Part shown: positions 62,025-64,000 of the stretch, one piece after another | How the letters are laid out: each line of letters begins with the position of its first letter | Position numbering within the stretch: position 1 is the stretch's first letter | Assembly: GCA_963771075.1 (NCBI GenBank) | Contig: CAVYSE010000003.1 | Coordinates: forward strand, 256,001 to 320,000 | Direction of reading: 5' to 3' | Source of the DNA: a candidate division FCPU426 bacterium | GTDB lineage: Bacteria; Oederibacteriota; Muellerivitia; Muellerivitales; Muellerivitaceae | Length of the DNA stretch: 64,000 nucleotides | The notes under the pieces: model-generated | Told to the model about the DNA's origin: nothing | Database searches by the model: none | Seen by the model: the letters and a program-made list of their open reading frames with translations, nothing else | Made by a program: the position numbers and the translations under genes

Positions 62025-63113
62025 TTACGCGCCCTTTCCCGCCAGTTTCACCAGAACCGTGCCCTCGTAGCGGAAATCCATCGATCCCGCCCGGAGGCCC
62101 TTGTGGGACAGGTCGGAGCGGACCAGGTCCAAACGCCTCAGTTCCACCCCCGTGACCTGCGTATCGAAAGTCGCCGTCACCCCGTCAATGAAAGTCACCT
62201 TCAAGGCCTGGGGATCGGACAGGTTGACTTCCGAGACCTCCTGGGCCAGTCCGTCTTCCCGTTTGGACAGGAAGGCCAGGAAATCCAATCCCGGCTTGAG
62301 GGCCGCGGCCAGGCCCGTGGTCCCTATGGCCTCGGGTGTCACCCGGACCCCCGAGAGAAGGGGCAGGTCCACCTGGGATAATTCCTCGCTGGCGGAGAGG
62401 ACCCGGCCCTCTTCCGTGACGCCGTAGAGGGCCCCGCTGTCCAAAAGCGCCGCGGGTTTACGTTCCTTCACCGAGATCAAGACCGTTTGGGGAAGGCGCC
62501 GTTCCAAGTAGACCTTCTCCACCCAATCCATTTTCTCCAGCCTGGCCGCGGCCTCGACCAGGTCCAGTTTGAACATGTTCTCTCCCATGGGCAGTCCGGC
62601 GGTTTTCATCACGTCCTCGGCCCGCAGGAACCGGCATCCCTGCAGGGTCACCTTCGCCAGCTTGAACCCCGAGGCCTCCTGGAGCCGGCCCAGGACCTCG
62701 TTCTTACCCCACCAGGCCAAGCCGATCATCGCGATGAGGGCGGCCGCCTTTGCGACCCCCTTCACCCCGCCCCAGGCTTCCCGGATGGGGAAGGCGGTTT
62801 GAACGGTCCCCGGCTGGGAGGAAGGCCGGTAAAAGGGCGAGGCCGACCCCTCCTCCACCCGCTCTTCCCGGGGGGGCTTGGGGTCCTTCCCTTTTTTCAA
62901 GAAAAAGAGGAACCCCTTTTTGGACTCGGACGCGACCCTCTTATCCTGCGGCAGGTTCAATCCATAAGCCCGGCCGTTCCACCGGCTCTCCCGGAAACGG
63001 GAGACCGCTGAAAACCGGCTCTCCAGGGAACGACGAACCGGACTTCCTGCCGCCGCTGGACGGGAAGCCGAACCCTGGCCTTTCAGGAGAACCTTGGTGC
63101 CCCGGTAGTGCAT
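62025..63113 (-). CDS. ftsQ: Cell division protein FtsQ/DivIB
   Basis: TM then POTRA (V.L.G...W VEKV..ERRLPQTV.I.VKERKP), MDFRY; TAATG overlap with ddl. Confidence 0.85.
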   Translation of the reverse strand: MHYRGTKVLLKGQGSASRPAAAGSPVRRSLESRFSAVSRFRESRWNGRAYGLNLPQDKRVASESKKGFLFFLKKGKDPKPPREERVEEGSASPFYRPSSQPGTVQTAFPIREAWGGVKGVAKAAALIAMIGLAWWGKNEVLGRLQEASGFKLAKVTLQGCRFLRAEDVMKTAGLPMGENMFKLDLVEAAARLEKMDWVEKVYLERRLPQTVLISVKERKPAALLDSGALYGVTEEGRVLSASEELSQVDLPLLSGVRVTPEAIGTTGLAAALKPGLDFLAFLSKREDGLAQEVSEVNLSDPQALKVTFIDGVTATFDTQVTGVELRRLDLVRSDLSHKGLRAGSMDFRYEGTVLVKLAGKGA

Positions 63114-64000
63114 TACCCCACCTTCGCCATGGCCCGGACGGGCGCTTTTTTCAATGCCATCTCGCAAAGCCTCTTCAATAGTTTCGGGAAAGGGATGCCC
63201 GCGGCCCGCGCCGCGTCCGGGACCAGGCTGACGGCGGTCATGCCGGGGGCGGTATTCACCTCCAGGATCTGGGGTTCCCCCTTCGGCGGGCAGATGAAGT
63301 CCACCCGGTAGTAATCCTGGCATCCCATGGCCTCGCCCGCCTTCAGGGCGTAGGCCTGCACCTTGCGGGTCTGGGCGGGCGTCAATCGGGCCGGGACCAC
63401 GTGGGTGGAATGGCCGGGGGTATATTTGGCGTCGTAATCGTAGAACTCATTCACCGGAAGGATCTCCACGACCGGCAGGGCCTTGCGGCCTAGGATGGTC
63501 GCGGTGACTTCCACGCCGCCGATGAACTTTTCCACCAGAACCCAGGAGCTGTACTGGAAAGCGTTCCGGAGGGCCCGGGAGAGCTCGGATTTCCTGCGCA
63601 CGATCGTGATCCCAATGGCCGATCCCACATCGGCGGGCTTCACCACCACGGGGAGCGGCAACCGGACGGTTTTCAAGCGCTCAGAGGGTTTCGCGCTTTT
63701 ATGAATCGCCGTCCAGGGCGCGGTCGGAATTCCCTGGGCCTCGAAAACCAGTTTGGAACATCCCTTGTGCATGGCCAGGCCGCAGGCCAAGGCACCCGAG
63801 CCCGTATAGGGGATCCTCCATTGGTCGAGAAGGGCTTGGAGCGTCCCATCCTCCCCAAAACCGCCGTGCAAGGCGATGAATAGGGCATCCGCCCGGGAAG
63901 CCAGGATGCGCCTGCGCAAAACCGTGGGCTTCCTGTCTTGGGCGGTCAAGGGCAGGCCCACCGCCTCCACCCCGGCCTGGGTCAGGCCCTCCAGCACGTT
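63113..64000 (-). CDS. ddl: D-alanine--D-alanine ligase (5' end beyond window)
   Basis: ALHGGFGEDG, VKP..GSA.G, FYDYDAKY, EVNTAPGMT. Confidence 0.95.
   Translation of the reverse strand, partial: NVLEGLTQAGVEAVGLPLTAQDRKPTVLRRRILASRADALFIALHGGFGEDGTLQALLDQWRIPYTGSGALACGLAMHKGCSKLVFEAQGIPTAPWTAIHKSAKPSERLKTVRLPLPVVVKPADVGSAIGITIVRRKSELSRALRNAFQYSSWVLVEKFIGGVEVTATILGRKALPVVEILPVNEFYDYDAKYTPGHSTHVVPARLTPAQTRKVQAYALKAGEAMGCQDYYRVDFICPPKGEPQILEVNTAPGMTAVSLVPDAARAAGIPFPKLLKRLCEMALKKAPVRAMAKVG

Overview
Bacterial chromosomal window, mostly housekeeping genes; no rRNA, convincing tRNA, CRISPR array or transposase seen. In order: AT-rich membrane protein, GAF-GGDEF cyclase, secreted SBBP beta-propeller protein with Thr-rich linker, cyclophilin, GNAT, rpoD-type sigma, clpB, two PMT/ArnT-like glycosyltransferases, GH1, def-sixA, an unknown 597-aa gene with strong expression signals, gcvR-like/def2/orn, galE, second GGDEF, speE plus basic amino-acid decarboxylase, O-antigen-ligase/TPR, dnaE, guaB-guaA, a Zn-finger/Pro-rich membrane protein, ridA, rel, a small AT-rich islet, three more GT-C-like membrane genes, HU, and the distal dcw cluster (ddl-ftsQ-ftsA-ftsZ-deacetylase-amidase-pgeF...). 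Seven genes carry single-base indels, mostly at homopolymers, best explained as sequencing error. Most interesting: (1) a ~350-nt promoter-defined leader with a 69-codon uORF ahead of the polyamine operon, a candidate polyamine-sensing leader; (2) a ~230-nt structured RNA/attenuator ahead of rpoD; (3) intergenic palindromes with 7- and 9-nt periodicity, including a ~118-bp direct repeat bracketing one gene; (4) a GT-C glycosylation expansion with a Thr-rich secreted candidate substrate; (5) apparent leaderless genes including dnaE, whose PHP site is degenerate. All calls are by eye; no database searches were run.
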